Shown here: in pieces, positions 13,420-25,554 of the stretch | How the letters are laid out: each line of letters starts with the position of its first letter | How positions within the stretch are numbered: the first letter of the stretch is position 1 | Source: Vicugna vicugna | Taxonomy: Eukaryota | Reading direction: 5' to 3' | Assembly: GCA_013265495.1 (NCBI GenBank) | Contig: MU058570.1 | Span: 62,001 to 126,000 of the forward strand | Length of the DNA: 64,000 bases | The notes under the pieces: generated by a model | What the model saw: only the letters and a program-made list of their open reading frames with translations | Database searches by the model: none | What the model was told of the DNA's origin: nothing | Translations under genes and position numbers: made by a program

Positions 13420-13612
13420 ACTAATATTTACTGAGTACATCGTACATGTTAGACACCAGAGATGCCACTTCATTGATCATCCCAACAATCCTAAGTGATG
13501 GATCTTGTTATCCCTGTCCTACAGATGGGAAGCCCGAAGTTCTGAGAGGTGAAGTAACTCACCCAAGGTCACATAGCTAGTAAGGCGTGGGGCCAGGTTA
13601 TGAACCCAAGTC
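13420..13612 (-). mobile_element. MIR SINE
   Basis: MIR core: acagatgggaagcccgaagttctgagaggtgaagtaactcacccaaggtcacatagctagtaag. Confidence 0.8.
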
Positions 13613-13973
13613 AATCTTTCCATGGTAACTTACTTGTAAGGAAAGGAGGTTTATGAGTAATCCATGCTGGAATATTTCAGCTTAATATTTATGCCATATC
13701 CTTTCAATAGAGCAGGATAAGACAAAACTTCAGAGTAAGGTATTGGATACCGTCTCATAGGATGAATGAACAGTGGTAAAAACACACTGTCAAAAAGAAA
13801 TGTGCAGTGTAGACACAGAGAATTCTTTACAGTAGTATATAAAAAGGTGAAAATTATCATAAAATACCCAGAATTTTTACTAGAAAATATTGCATAAAAT
13901 CTTGAATGTACAATGTTTCTATAAAAATAGCTACAGATTAGAAAAATTAAAATATCTATTTTAAAACCAAACT

Positions 13974-14140
13974 GGGAGGGAGGGTATAGCTCAGTGGTAG
14001 TGTATGCTTAGCATGCACAAGGTCCTGGGTTCAATCCCCAGTATCTCCGTTAAAAATAGATAATTAAGGAAACCTAATTACTTCCCCTCCCCACTGAAAA
14101 AAAGCAAAAAACAAAAAATTAGAAAAAAAAACAAAAACAA
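13974..14140 (+). mobile_element. tRNA-derived SINE (Vic-1-like)
   Basis: gggagggtatagctcagtggtag...gggttcaatccccag...aaacctaattacttcccc followed by an A tail. Confidence 0.9.
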
Positions 14141-15154
14141 ATAAGAATGGACAAAGTAAAAATATTTTATGTGGCATCAAATTAGGTTATTTAAAGAAAT
14201 ATGAAACCTACCAGAATGATGATTAAAACTAGAGGACTAAAAATACCAAAAGTCAGTGAAGATCCAAAGCAGCTAAGTTCTCAGACACCACTTGGTTGGA
14301 GGCTAAACTGTTTGTTTGGCTTTTTTTTTTTAGCTGTTTAACATTATTTGCTGAAACTAAGCATATACCTACACTTTGGCCCAATACTTCCACCCCCAGG
14401 TGAATATTCAACACAAAGCAAGTGATGTTTCTACCAAAGACCCAGGCACTCCTGGCAAGTCTGTTTATGATGACCCAAAACTGGAGAGAACCCAAATGTC
14501 TCTTTCCAGTAGATGGATGTTTCCCATCTCTTGGCTTTAAGGCCATCCAGGATTTCATACTGTTTTCCTGATCCAAACTTATTCTCCTTAAAAGCTTGCA
14601 TTCCCAAACAAGCAAAGTGTTGCAATACCAGTCCCCACCGGGCGCAGTAAGGAAACAAAATGGATACCCCGGAACTTGTGCCGGCAGGGCAGCTGAGGTC
14701 AAAGGATGAAGGACTGAGAAACCAGCCTTGGGAGTCAGAGGCAGAGAATGAATTACCCTGGGAAGAGTTGCCTGTGCTTACATTTCAAAGGGTAATAAAA
14801 CCTGGACCCATCCGCTTCCATTCCCAAGAGCTGTAACAATCCATGGACAGTGTTTTTATTTAAAGAAGGAAGCAATTCACAAAAGGGCTAATAAACATAA
14901 AACTGTCCAAATGCACTGATACTCAGAAAAAAAAGCAACAAAAGTCAGTACTAGTTTTTGCTTATCAGTTTAGCAAAGAGTTCTTAAATGTTTTGATATC
15001 TAGTGTTGGAAAGGTGAGAGTAAGCCTTCTCACACACCATTCAAGGGTCCCTCAATAACAAGTCACTCAATGCCTGAACGCAGATCCATGCAAAGGTTGC
15101 AACTCCAACGGCCTCATCACAGGGGTATTTGTGATAGAAAAACCTAATAATCCA

Positions 15155-15297
15155 ATACCTTGTAATAGCCTCTAATGAAAAGGAATACATATATATATAT
15201 AAAATATATATATATATAAATAACTGAATCACTATGCTATACACCAGAAATTAACACAACATTGTAAACTGACTTTACTACAATAAAAAAAAAAAAC
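15155..15297 (+). mobile_element. L1 3'-tail-only insertion
   Basis: L1 3' end with poly(A). TSD CCTAATAATCCA at 15143-15154 and 15298-15309. Confidence 0.85.
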
Positions 15298-16504
15298 CCT
15301 AATAATCCAGCCATAGGTTAATTTAGATAAATTACGGCATACCATGTGTAACTGAATCACTTTGCTATAGACCTGAAACTAACATTGTAAATCAACTATG
15401 TACATTTCAATAAATTTTTTTAATTATGGTATACTGATCCATTTTGAAATGCTGTAGGAAAACATGTAATGACACGAAAAATATTCACAATATATATCAT
15501 TCAATGCAAATCAAGTTATGAACATTACACAAAGTATATAAACATAGATATAAATGTATGCCTAGAGACACACATAGAAACACACTGGAAGCCTGAATAC
15601 CAAATTGGTGAGAATATAGGATATTTAAATTTCCTTCCTTCTGTGTATCTGTATTTCATAAGTTTTCTAAAATGAGTTCTCATTACTACTGGATTAAGGA
15701 AAACAATAAATACTATTATATTTAATAACATAAAGGAGTCAGCGGAGAACTGGATGCTGCCTGGTGGTTCCTGGGCAGGGCTCTGTCCCACACCAGCTCC
15801 TCTACCCACTTCCCTGGGGCACAGAGCTGGTCCTTCCTCTTCCTGACCCTGGGCTCCTCCTCCTGCCTTGGAAGCCACAGCTAGTCTCTGGGGGGCAGTG
15901 GGGTGAGAAGGGAGGGAGCTTCTCGTGCTTCTGGGGGTTGGGTAGGGATGTGATGCCTCCAATGTCTTCTGGCTCCCAACACTCCCAGCACAGGCTGCTC
16001 AGGTTCTGAGTGCACAAGCAAGCAGCCACCTTACCACCAGCCATCCATTCATTGTTTCTATGAGATACATTTCAGGCTCCAAACAACTGACGTGGTAGCA
16101 ACTTCCAGTACCTAGCACACGTGTCAACTGGGAACTGCCCATTTACCACTTTAGGTAACTTGCAGTTGCTTGGTCACAGCCAGCAGTGGGGATTCCTGGA
16201 GGAGAGCTGCTCTCGAAGTTTCCACTGGCAGTGACCACATCCCACTACTGCCCTCACACCGGCCCTGTGGTCATGAAGACCCGCAACCATGTCACAGGGG
16301 AGTCAATGGGCCTCAATGACCTCACCTCTGAGACAGCGGGTGTGGGAGCCGTTAACCTCGCCCTAATCGCTACCTCCTAGGAGACAACACAACTAGGACT
16401 TGCAAGACCTCACCAGCTGCTGTCTCAGGAGGCCCTGTGCCCTGGCCAAGAAGGGCTTATAGAGAGGAGAGCCCAGGTCAGGGCCCAAGAACAGTCCTCC
16501 AGAC

Positions 16505-16700
16505 CAGGGAGCCAGCAAAGTATGGCCCAATGGCCTTCTTGTAAATAAAGTTTATTGACACCCAGACTCCCTCATTTAATGCTAACTATTATCTGTGGCT
16601 GCTTCTGAGCTACAGTTATGTAGTTGTGAGAGAGGCCTTGCAGGTGCAAAGTCTCAAATATTTACTCTCTGGCCATTTACAGAAGGGTGCCAACCCCTGC
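16505..16700. mobile_element. hAT DNA transposon relic (MER58A-like)
   Basis: ttgtaaataaagtttattg...aatatttactctctggccatttacagaag...gccaacccctg. Confidence 0.75.
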
Positions 16701-16794
16701 TCTAGACGTTGGGAAGCTGCTGGAGTCCATCCTTTTCTCTGGGCACAGTCCCCATGAGATGCCCCAGCACCGCATCTGAGAAGCCATCCACTGG

Positions 16795-16950
16795 TTTTTT
16801 TTTCCCCTTAATTTTTTTTGTTACGGGGGGGAATTGGTTTTTGTTTCTTTTTACTGACTTATTTTTAGAGGAAGTACTGGGGTTTGAACCCAAGACCTCA
16901 TGCATGCTAAGCATGCACTCTACCACTTGAGCTACACCCTGCCCCGCTCC
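16795..16950 (-). mobile_element. tRNA-derived SINE (Vic-1-like)
   Basis: Same core as the other copies. Confidence 0.9.
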
Positions 16951-17869
16951 CCTACCCACCACTTTTCAAGGAGAGATGCAGAGGGGTTGGGGGTGCGGAG
17001 TTTGGGGGAGAAACCAGTGAGAGAGAGCTAAAGACGATTTAAGATCTTCAGTAAAAGAGAAGGCATCTCAAAAAATTACATAAATTCATAAGTGTATGTA
17101 ATTAGATGTAGAAAATTATGGTCCTAATGTAAAGTTTTCACTAGTGCCTAAGTCAAGCACATCTGTTACAGGTCAGCAGGCGTAATAAGAATGATAGGAA
17201 TAACAACGAGTCACCTGAGTGTCCAGAGTGATTCTTTGTAGCTGGTCCAGAACAGTTTGCCCTATTCCTTCATCCACTGTCAACACTCGAATAGGAGCTG
17301 CTAGGCCCATCGACAGACGAGAAAACAGATTAAGCTATAACAGAACTGGATTTGAGGTTTCTCAACCTCAGGTGACCACACAATTGTTCATCTAATAAGC
17401 CTTTTGTGAGTGAATGGGGGTACAATGAATGCACTCAGACAACAGGTAACCAGAACTGTCCCAGGCACACATGAATCCTCACTTTAAAAACTGGAGTCCA
17501 GAGAGAAACTGGAAGAGAAAACTCACTTTGTGTAATTTCCAGCAAGTCAAATACCGCCTAACTTATTTCTTGGGACTTTGAAATGCAGAAAATAGAAAAA
17601 CAGAGGTTGTTGTTCAGAAACCTCACATGCCTCGAATCCTAGGAAATGTCTGAGCTGCCCAGTTCCAGGCCTGGAGCCACAAGGCAATTAGCCCATCAAG
17701 CTGTCATTGGAACTTCTGAAGCAGGAAGAGTTCTGAGGAGGGAAAGGCTTGGAGGCAGGGAAGCAAGACCTGTAGCCAGAGGCACTCTGCAATCAGGAGG
17801 GAAGGGGGGCAGGTCAAGAGCTGTAAGTTTATATTCTTGGTTATTCATGTGTAAATGGTAACTACATTG

Positions 17870-18875
17870 TAAAAACTTTTTGAGAGAAGTGTACAGCCAT
17901 AGAGCTTTCATCCAGTTTCCCCAATGGTGACATCCTGCAAAACTATATACTGTCACAGTCAGGAAATGGATGTGGCTACAATCTACTAACCTCATTCAGA
18001 TTTCATCGTCTTACTTGCACTTGTGTATTTAAGTGTATGCAGTTTTATCACACGTGCAGTCACATGACAGACCGCAGGTAAGATGCAGAACCGTTCCATC
18101 ACAAGGACCCCTCCTGCTACACTTCCACAGCCATGGACACCTCTGCTTCCCCTCTCCCTGACCCCTGGCAACCACTCCCCCCTCCCCCAATTGTATTACT
18201 TGAAGAGTGTTACATAAATGGACTCGTACAGCATGCAATCTTGGGAGACTGGCTTCTTTCACTCAGCACATCCACCCGGGCTGCTGCTGTACTGGCAGTT
18301 CATTCCTCCTCATCGCTGAGTGGTAGGCTGCTGCAGGAGGTGCCAGTTTGTACCACCTTCAAACACTGAAGGATATTAGAGTTTTCCCCCCTAGTTTTTG
18401 GCTACCATGAACATTAGTGTACAGTTTCTGTGTGAACATAATTTTTCACTTCTATAGTGGAAATGCCCAAGAGGGTAGCTGCGGAACCACGTGGTAAGCC
18501 AGTGGTTATATAAGAAACTGCCAGACTCTTCCAGAGAGCTTGTGCCATTTTACATTCTCAGCAGCAATGGATGAGTGAGATCCAGTTTTCTGCATCCTGG
18601 CCTGCATTTGGGGGTGTCATTATTTTTCATTTCAGACCTCCTGATAGGTGCACAATGATACCTCACTGCAGTTTCAATTTGCATTTCTCTACAGCTTTTC
18701 ATGTGCCTCTGTCATCTGTATGTGCTCTTCTGTGACATGTCTGTTCATGTCTTTTGCCCATTTTCTAACTGCATTTTTTTTAATTGCTGAGTTTGGAGAG
18801 TTCTTTATTTAGATATATAATTCTTTATATACTTAGATAAGACTGTCAGGTATGTGGTTTGCAAGTATTTTTTTA
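17870..18875 (-). mobile_element. Old L1 3' fragment (L1MC-like)
   Basis: Antisense ORF2 tail (agaaactgccagact, gtttcaatttgcatttctct, ggtttgcaagtatttt) and 3' UTR. Confidence 0.8.
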
Positions 18876-18904
18876 AATAAATATTTGATTTGAATGACAT
18901 TTAA

Positions 18905-19590
18905 TCAAAGATACATGAATGGCAAATAAGCACATGAAAATATGCCCACCATCATTCACCATTAGAGAAATGCAAATTGAACTCACAATGAGGTAATACC
19001 ACACACCTATTAGGGTAGCTAAAGTGAAAAAGATGACCATAGTGAGTGTTGGCAGTTCTTAAAACATATCTGGCTATTCCACTTTTAGGTATTTACCCAA
19101 GAGAAAAGGAAATATATGTCCACATAAACATTTGTAGATAAGTGTTCACAGTAGCTTTATTTCTAGTGGCCAAAAGCGGACATAACCCCACATGCATCAA
19201 TAAGTGAATGGACAGACTGTGGTACATCCATGATAGTATACTATGTGGAAACAACAAGGAGTAAATTCTTTATACATGGAATAGCATGGGTGAATCTCCA
19301 AATAATTAAGCTGAGTGAAACAAATCAGATCGTCCCCCAACCTGTGCTTTGATTCTACTTACATCAAACTCTAGAGATGTAAACTCATCTACAGGGACAC
19401 AGAGGGGACCGATGGCTGCCTGGGGAGGGGATGCGGGACAGAGGAGAAGGTTCACTAAGGGTGACAGGTGTGCTTACGATCTTGATAATGGTAATGGTTT
19501 CACAGATGTTTACATACGTCACATCTCATCAAATTATACATAGTAAATATGCGCAGCTTACTGTCAATTATACCACAGTAAATCTGTTCA
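18905..19590 (+). mobile_element. Old L1 3' fragment (L1M)
   Basis: gaatggcaaataagcacatgaaa...ggtatttacccaagagaaa... followed by a degraded 3' UTR. Confidence 0.8.
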
Positions 19591-19630
19591 GAACAAAACA
19601 ACAGAATGCAGGCCTTAAAAAGTTGCCCTT

Positions 19631-21729
19631 AGCCACAGCAATCAGGCAAGAGAAAGAAATAAAAGGGATCCAAATTGGAAAAGAAGAGGTAAAAGTGTCA
19701 TTATATGCTGACGACATGTTACTATATATAGAAAACCCTAAAAGGTCCACAAAAAAGCTACTAGAGCTGATCGAAGAATTCAGCAAGGTAGCAGGTTACA
19801 AAATTAATGTTCAAAAATCAGTTGCCTTTCTTTACACTAACGATAAATCAACAGAAAAAGAAAGTAAAGAAACAATCCCCTTTAAAATAGCACCCAAAGT
19901 AATAAAATATCTGGGAATAAATCTAACCAAGGAGGTGAAAGAATTATACACAGAAAACTATAAACCATTGATGAAGGAAATTAAAGAAGACTTTAAAAAA
20001 TGGAAAGATATTCCATGCTCTTGGATTGGAAGAATCAATATTGTTAAAATGGTCACACTGCCCAAGGCAATCTACAGATTTAATGCAATCCCTATCCAAT
20101 TACCCAGGACATATTTCACAGAACTAGAACAAATCATAATAAAATTTATATGGAACCATCAAAGACCTAGAATTGCTAAAGCATTACTGAAGAGAAAGAA
20201 AGAGGCTGGAGGAATAACTCTCCCAGACTTCAGACAATACTATAGAGCTACAGTCATCAAGACAGCATGGTATTGGTACCAAAACAGACATATAGACCAA
20301 TGGAACAGAATAGAGAGCCCAGAAATGAACCCACAAACTTTTGGTCAACTCATCTTCGACAAAGGAGGCAAGAATATACAATGGAATAAAGACAGTCTCT
20401 TCAGCAAATGGTGTTGGGAAAACTGGACAGCAGCATGTAAAACAATGAAGCTAGAACACACCCTTACACCATATACAAAAATCAACTCAAAATGGATTAA
20501 AGACTTAAACATAAGACAAGATACAATAAACCTCCTAGAGGAAAACATAGGCAAAACATTATCTGACATACATTTCAAAAATTTTCTCCTAGAAGAAATA
20601 AAAGCAAGAATAAACAAATGGGACCTAATGAAACTTACAAGCTTCTGCAGAGCAAAGGAAACCAGAAATAAAACAAGAAGAAAACCTACGGAATGGGAGA
20701 AAATTTTTGCAAGTGAAACCGACAAAGGCTTGATCTCCAAAATATATAAGCAGCTCATACGACTCAATAAGAAAAAAATAAACAACCCAATCCAAAAATG
20801 GGCAGAAGACCTAAACAAGCAATTCTCCAAGGAAGACATACAAATGATCAAAAAGCACATGAAAAAATGTTCAATATCACTAATTATCAGAGAAATGCAA
20901 ATCAAAACTACAATGAGGTATCACCTCACACCAGTCAGAATGGCCGTCATTCAAAAATCCAAAAATGACAAATGCTGGAGAGGCTGTGGAGAAAGGGGAA
21001 CCCTCCTACACTGCTGGTGGGAATGCAGTTTGGTGCAGCCACTATGGAAAACAGTGTGGAGATTCCTCAAAAGACTAGGAATAGACTTACCATATGACCC
21101 AGGAATCCCACTGCTGGGCTTGTACCCAGAAGGAAATCTACTTCAGGATGACACCTGCACCCCAATGTTCATAGCAACACTATTTACAATAGCCAAAACA
21201 TGGAAACAGCCTAAATGTCCATCAACAGGTGACTGGATAAAGAAGAGGTGGTATATTTATACAATGGAATACTACTCAGCCATAAAAACCGACAACATAA
21301 TGCCATTTGCAGCAACATGGATGCTCCTAGAGAATGTCATTCTAAGTGAAGTAAGCCAGAAAGAGAAAGAAAAATACCATATGAGATCGCTCATATGTGG
21401 AATCTAAAAAACAAAAACAAACAAACAAACAAAAACAAAGCATAAATACAGGACAGAAATAGACTCATGGACAGAGAATACAGACTTGTGGTTACCAGGG
21501 GGGTAGAGGGTGGGAAGGGATAGACTGGGATTTCAAAATTGTAGAATAGATAAACAAGATTACACTGTATAGCACAGGGAAATATACACAAAATGTTATG
21601 ATAAATCACAGAGAAAAAAATGTGACAATGAGTGTGTATATGTCCATGAATGACTGAAAAATTGTGCTGAACACTGGAATTTGACACAACACTGTAAAAT
21701 GATTATGAATCAATAAAAAAATGTAAAAA
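19631..21729 (+). mobile_element. Young 5'-truncated LINE-1: open ORF2 C-terminal ~590 aa (RT YADD motif, C-terminal Cys-rich region), 3' UTR, poly(A)
   Basis: Uninterrupted frame to TAA at 21405-21407. Perfect 14-bp TSD AAAAAGTTGCCCTT at 19617-19630 and 21730-21743, at a TT/AAAA site. Confidence 0.97.
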
Positions 21730-21963
21730 AAAAAGTTGCCCTTCAGAAAAGACTATTAAATTTCAAATAAAAATGGACTTAAAAAAAATTAGTCCTCTAA
21801 GAATTCTAATCATGTAAAATTAAACATCTGATCTACAAACAGCTGAAACTATGATTACAAATTTTTTTCAGTTCACTGACATATTAGCACATACTAGTTT
21901 GAAACACAAGTCTGTTGATGACAAATCAGAGATTTTTTTTTTGCTTTCAGAGCTTTTTCTTAC

Positions 21964-22055
21964 CTTTGTCCAGTGATGATGGACATCCACGGTTCCTAGC
22001 ATCACGTGGCCCACTGCACTCACCCCGGACCAGTCTGTGAATATTACTGTACATC
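21964..22055 (-). pseudogene. TCAIM: TCAIM exon 8 (92 nt; GCTVIFTDWSGVSAVGHVMLGTVDVHHHWTK)
   Basis: Acceptor ttattatcag, donor GTAAGA. Confidence 0.92.
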
Positions 22056-22303
22056 CTGATAATAAAGCACAAACCCTCTGGTCACTGTCCATACAGGCTT
22101 CATTCTTTTAGCACTGTGCAAATACTGAAATTTAGTATACAAATTCAGGATTAAATTTGGTATAAGCTTAAAGGCAGAGTAACAGATTTAAAAATTCAGC
22201 TGTGATAAAGTCATGTCTATACAGACTTCTAACACTTGGTCTTCCTTTAAAATTGACAGATGTGTATAGCAGTTAAGGGAGATATATTTTAAAAGCAAAT
22301 GGA

Positions 22304-22943
22304 GGGGAGAGTAGAGCTCACTGGTAGAGCACATGCTTAGCATGCATGAGGTCCTGGGTTCAATCCCCAGTCTCTCCATTAAAAAAAAAGTGAAGACATG
22401 GAAACAACCTAAATGTCCATCAACAGATGACTGGATAAAGAAGATGTGGTATATTATACAATGGAAGACTACTCAGCCATAAAAAATAATAAAATGCCAT
22501 TTGCAGCAACATGTATGTCCCTCGAAAATGTCATTCTCAGTGAAGTAAGCCAGAAAGAGAAAGAAAAATACCATACAGTATCACTTACATGTGGAATCTA
22601 AAAAAAAAGAGAGAGAAAGAGACAAACGAACTTATCTACAAAACCGAAACAGACTCACAGACACAGAAAACAAACTTATGGTTACCAGGGGAGGAAGGGA
22701 GTGGGAAGGGATAAACTGGGAGTTCAAGATTTGCAGATACTAATAAATGTAAAATAGATAAACAGGTTCATGCTGTATAGCACAAGGAACTATATTCAGT
22801 ATCATGTAGTAACTTATGGTGAAAAAGAATATGGAAATGAACATCTGTATGTTCCTATGTGACTGAAGTATTGTGCTGTACACCAGAAATTGACACGAGA
22901 TTGTAAACTGACTATACTTCATAAAAATTGAAGGGGAAAAAAA
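22304..22943 (+). mobile_element. Composite insertion: Vic-1-like SINE head (~22304-22390) fused to an L1 3' end (~22393-22943)
   Basis: One flanking repeat pair, AAAAGCAAATGGA (22291-22303) and AAGAGCAAATGGA (22944-22956), encloses both parts. Confidence 0.8.
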
Positions 22944-22966
22944 AAGAGCAAATGGAAATCATTTAC

Positions 22967-23064
22967 CTTTTGCATTTTTCAGTGTTTCCAAGTTCTGCTG
23001 GGCTAGGCGGCCTAGACTGTGCAGCTGGCTACAGCGATGCGCGATGCCCCAGCTCCTCTGCCAC
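22967..23064 (-). pseudogene. TCAIM: TCAIM exon 7 (98 nt; RWQRSWGIAHRCSQLHSLGRLAQQNLETLKNAK)
   Basis: Acceptor ggaccag, donor GTAAAT. Confidence 0.92.
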
Positions 23065-23493
23065 CTGGTCCAACAGAGCACACAGCACGTGAGGCCGCGT
23101 CCCCGCAGGGGGAGGCTTGTGCTCAGCCCCAGCTGCCCGATCCCCATGAAAGCTGAAGAGGTTCTCTCTCAAGTCGGCACACTCACTCACTCAGTGAGCC
23201 GCTTCCAAATGAACTCACTTCTCAAGAAGCAACCAAATGGAAAATGACTTGTTTACTAGAGGGTAAAAATATTACTACTATATTCAGCTATCCAAAGATT
23301 TAGAACTAGCAAACACACGATGTTTCTCTTTTAAAATAAGAGGCTGAAATGGGAAAAACTTGGAAAACAATCTTTTTCTTCTCCACATTGTTTGATGATG
23401 ATGATTCTGTCTTAGATTTAAGTTCCAATTAGGAATTCCAGATAGTTTACCTTTTATCATATTCGAGGGAAAGTGATTTTTATGACATCATGT

Positions 23494-23528
23494 ATCACTT
23501 CTCGGCCTTTCGGCTAAGATCAAGTGTA
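23494..23528 (+). pseudogene. 3'-truncated U2 snRNA retrocopy (nt 1-35)
   Basis: ATCACTTCTCGGCCTTTCGGCTAAGATCAAGTGTA matches the U2 5' end with 2 mismatches. TSD TATGACATCATGT at 23481-23493 and 23527-23539. Confidence 0.93.
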
Positions 23529-24009
23529 TGACATCATGTGATCTGTTTACTTCACAGATGAACATTAAATCTGAGTGACCAGGTGGAACTTGGTGTTCCA
23601 ACGACATCACAGGGGTCCTGCTGTGTACATGTAAAGGGCATTCAGTGGTATCAGAAAACCCCACCTTTGACCTGTAATCCTGCGATTTACTAGTTCTGTG
23701 GCCTTGAACAAACTGCTTCTAGTCTTCCTACGGTTTCTCTGTCATATTTGCAAAGTGGGGACATTACCTACAGCACAGATAGTGCAAATCAAAGGGTGAA
23801 ACAAATGTAAGGAGTAAGGCACTCAAACAAACTCTCAAAAAGACTTAGGTTCCTTCTTCGTCCTAACAGCAATTCTGAAGAATGTCATTTCTAATAAAGT
23901 GAAAACGACTTTTAATATTTTCCCTTTAACCCCCAATGTCATCAGTCACAATGCGTCCTTTTGCTGGAGACTTGGTTAATTTCCCAGTAAGTGGAGAACT
24001 CTCATGTCC

Positions 24010-24140
24010 TCAGTCCTCAAACGTTTTGGCCTCAGAACCCCTCTGCACTCTTAAAAACTGAGGGCCCCGAAGAGCTTCTGTTTATGTGCGTTATAGCTAC
24101 TGATATTTACCAGGGTAAGAATTTAAGCTGAGGAGTTTCT
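24010..24140. mobile_element. hAT-Charlie terminal fragment
   Basis: ttttggcctcagaacccctctgcactcttaaaaactgagggccccgaagagcttctgtttatgtg resembles a Charlie1 end. Confidence 0.7.
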
Positions 24141-24814
24141 CCACTGTATTGTAAAACAATGTTTATTTCTGTTTATGTTTAAGAAACCCTTTCATTTTCC
24201 TAACCCCAGTCTGCTTTGACAGATCTTTTAAAATTTATTTATAAAAAGTTATTTTCATGCATATTAATTTGTTTACTTTATAAATCCTTAAAAAGGATCT
24301 TATTTGGTTTTCAGTTAGAAAATGCTATGTTAGTAGATCGTGGAAGAGCCCCTGTAACCAAAGCTTGGCCTAAAACTAGTGATGCGATGGTAAGAGAGCG
24401 GCTACAAACACTCTACACGTCCCCAGTGTAAATGCTTTCCTGTGAAGTATGAATTAGCTTAGACAACTATGATTTGCGTATACAAGAACAGAACATATGA
24501 GTACTATCCGTACTCTGCAAGCACAGGAGAAAGGTGCGGTCATGGTGCCCAAATAGTCATTTGGGTCAATATAAGAAAAAGTCTTGATTATAAGGGTTGA
24601 AAACAACAAAACAGGCTACTGCGAACAGTAATAGAAATTTAAGCACTTAGACCAGATGACAGTATCTCAAGGCTCTTGGGGGTGGGGAGTGGGCATGACA
24701 ATCACTTGACCCCTCCTTTTCCCTTCCTTAGGGTCATAACAGCTGTTAAAACTATTTTTATAATAAACCAGCATGTGTGATTTCTAAGTTTATAAAAACT
24801 TACTTAAAAAGTCA

Positions 24815-25045
24815 TGTTATATGGTGACTATAAATAATAATATGGTATTACATTTTTGAAAATGTCTGAAAGAGTAGATCTTAAAAGTTCTCATCACAAG
24901 AAAAAAAATTTTTGTAACCATGTATGGTGACAGATATTAACTAGACTTACTGTAATCATTTTGCAGTGTATATAAGCAATGAATTATTATGTAATACACC
25001 CTAATTGTTATGTCAATTATACCTCAATTAAAAATAAGAAAAAAA
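24815..25045 (+). mobile_element. L1MA-like 3' end
   Basis: gagtagatcttaaaagttctcatcacaagaaaaaa...tatgtcaattatacctcaattaaaaa. Confidence 0.8.
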
Positions 25046-25431
25046 GTCATGCTATGTAACACAGAACCAAAGAATACAACATTTTTTCTCTCCCTTTCTC
25101 TTTTTAAACTTGAATACCAATCTTACATGATGGGGAAATAATTATTTTTTATACATTATGTGCATATGGAAAAGTATATTTTCTTACAAACTTATTATGT
25201 AAAAAGCCACAATTATTATGCTAAAAATGTCAGTATCAGAACCTTACTTCACTATTTTAAACAAGAAATTCCTAACAGTTTTCTTAAATAAACATTTGAC
25301 TGTTTTCATAAAAAGGTAACTGAAGAATATTTAGTTACCAGAATAATTAAGGATGCAAATATTTAACTGTTAGAAACCTTTACCCACATGCTTATTTTAC
25401 TCTCTAAATTAGGTTTTCTCTTCTTCATTAC

Positions 25432-25554
25432 CTGATGTCTGAGAGCTGCAGCTGATGGGACAGTTCATCTTTTAAACGATCTAGTTCTTTTCTAAGCGGC
25501 AAACTGTTCTTCAACTTTTTAACAGCACTTTCCCTGTTGTTATCTAACCAGGAC
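25432..25554 (-). pseudogene. TCAIM: TCAIM exon 6 (123 nt; SWLDNNRESAVKKLKNSLPLRKELDRLKDELSHQLQLSDI)
   Basis: Acceptor tttcctttctag, donor GTAATG. Confidence 0.93.

Noticed and set aside
19431..21407. 658-aa ORF as a novel or domesticated gene
   Set aside because: From 19631 it is L1 ORF2. The first ~67 codons are flanking old-L1 and TSD sequence that happens to be in frame, with no evidence of a promoter or conservation.
23494..23528. Functional U2 snRNA gene
   Set aside because: Only nt 1-35 are present, with no Sm site or 3' stem-loops, and the segment is flanked by a TSD.
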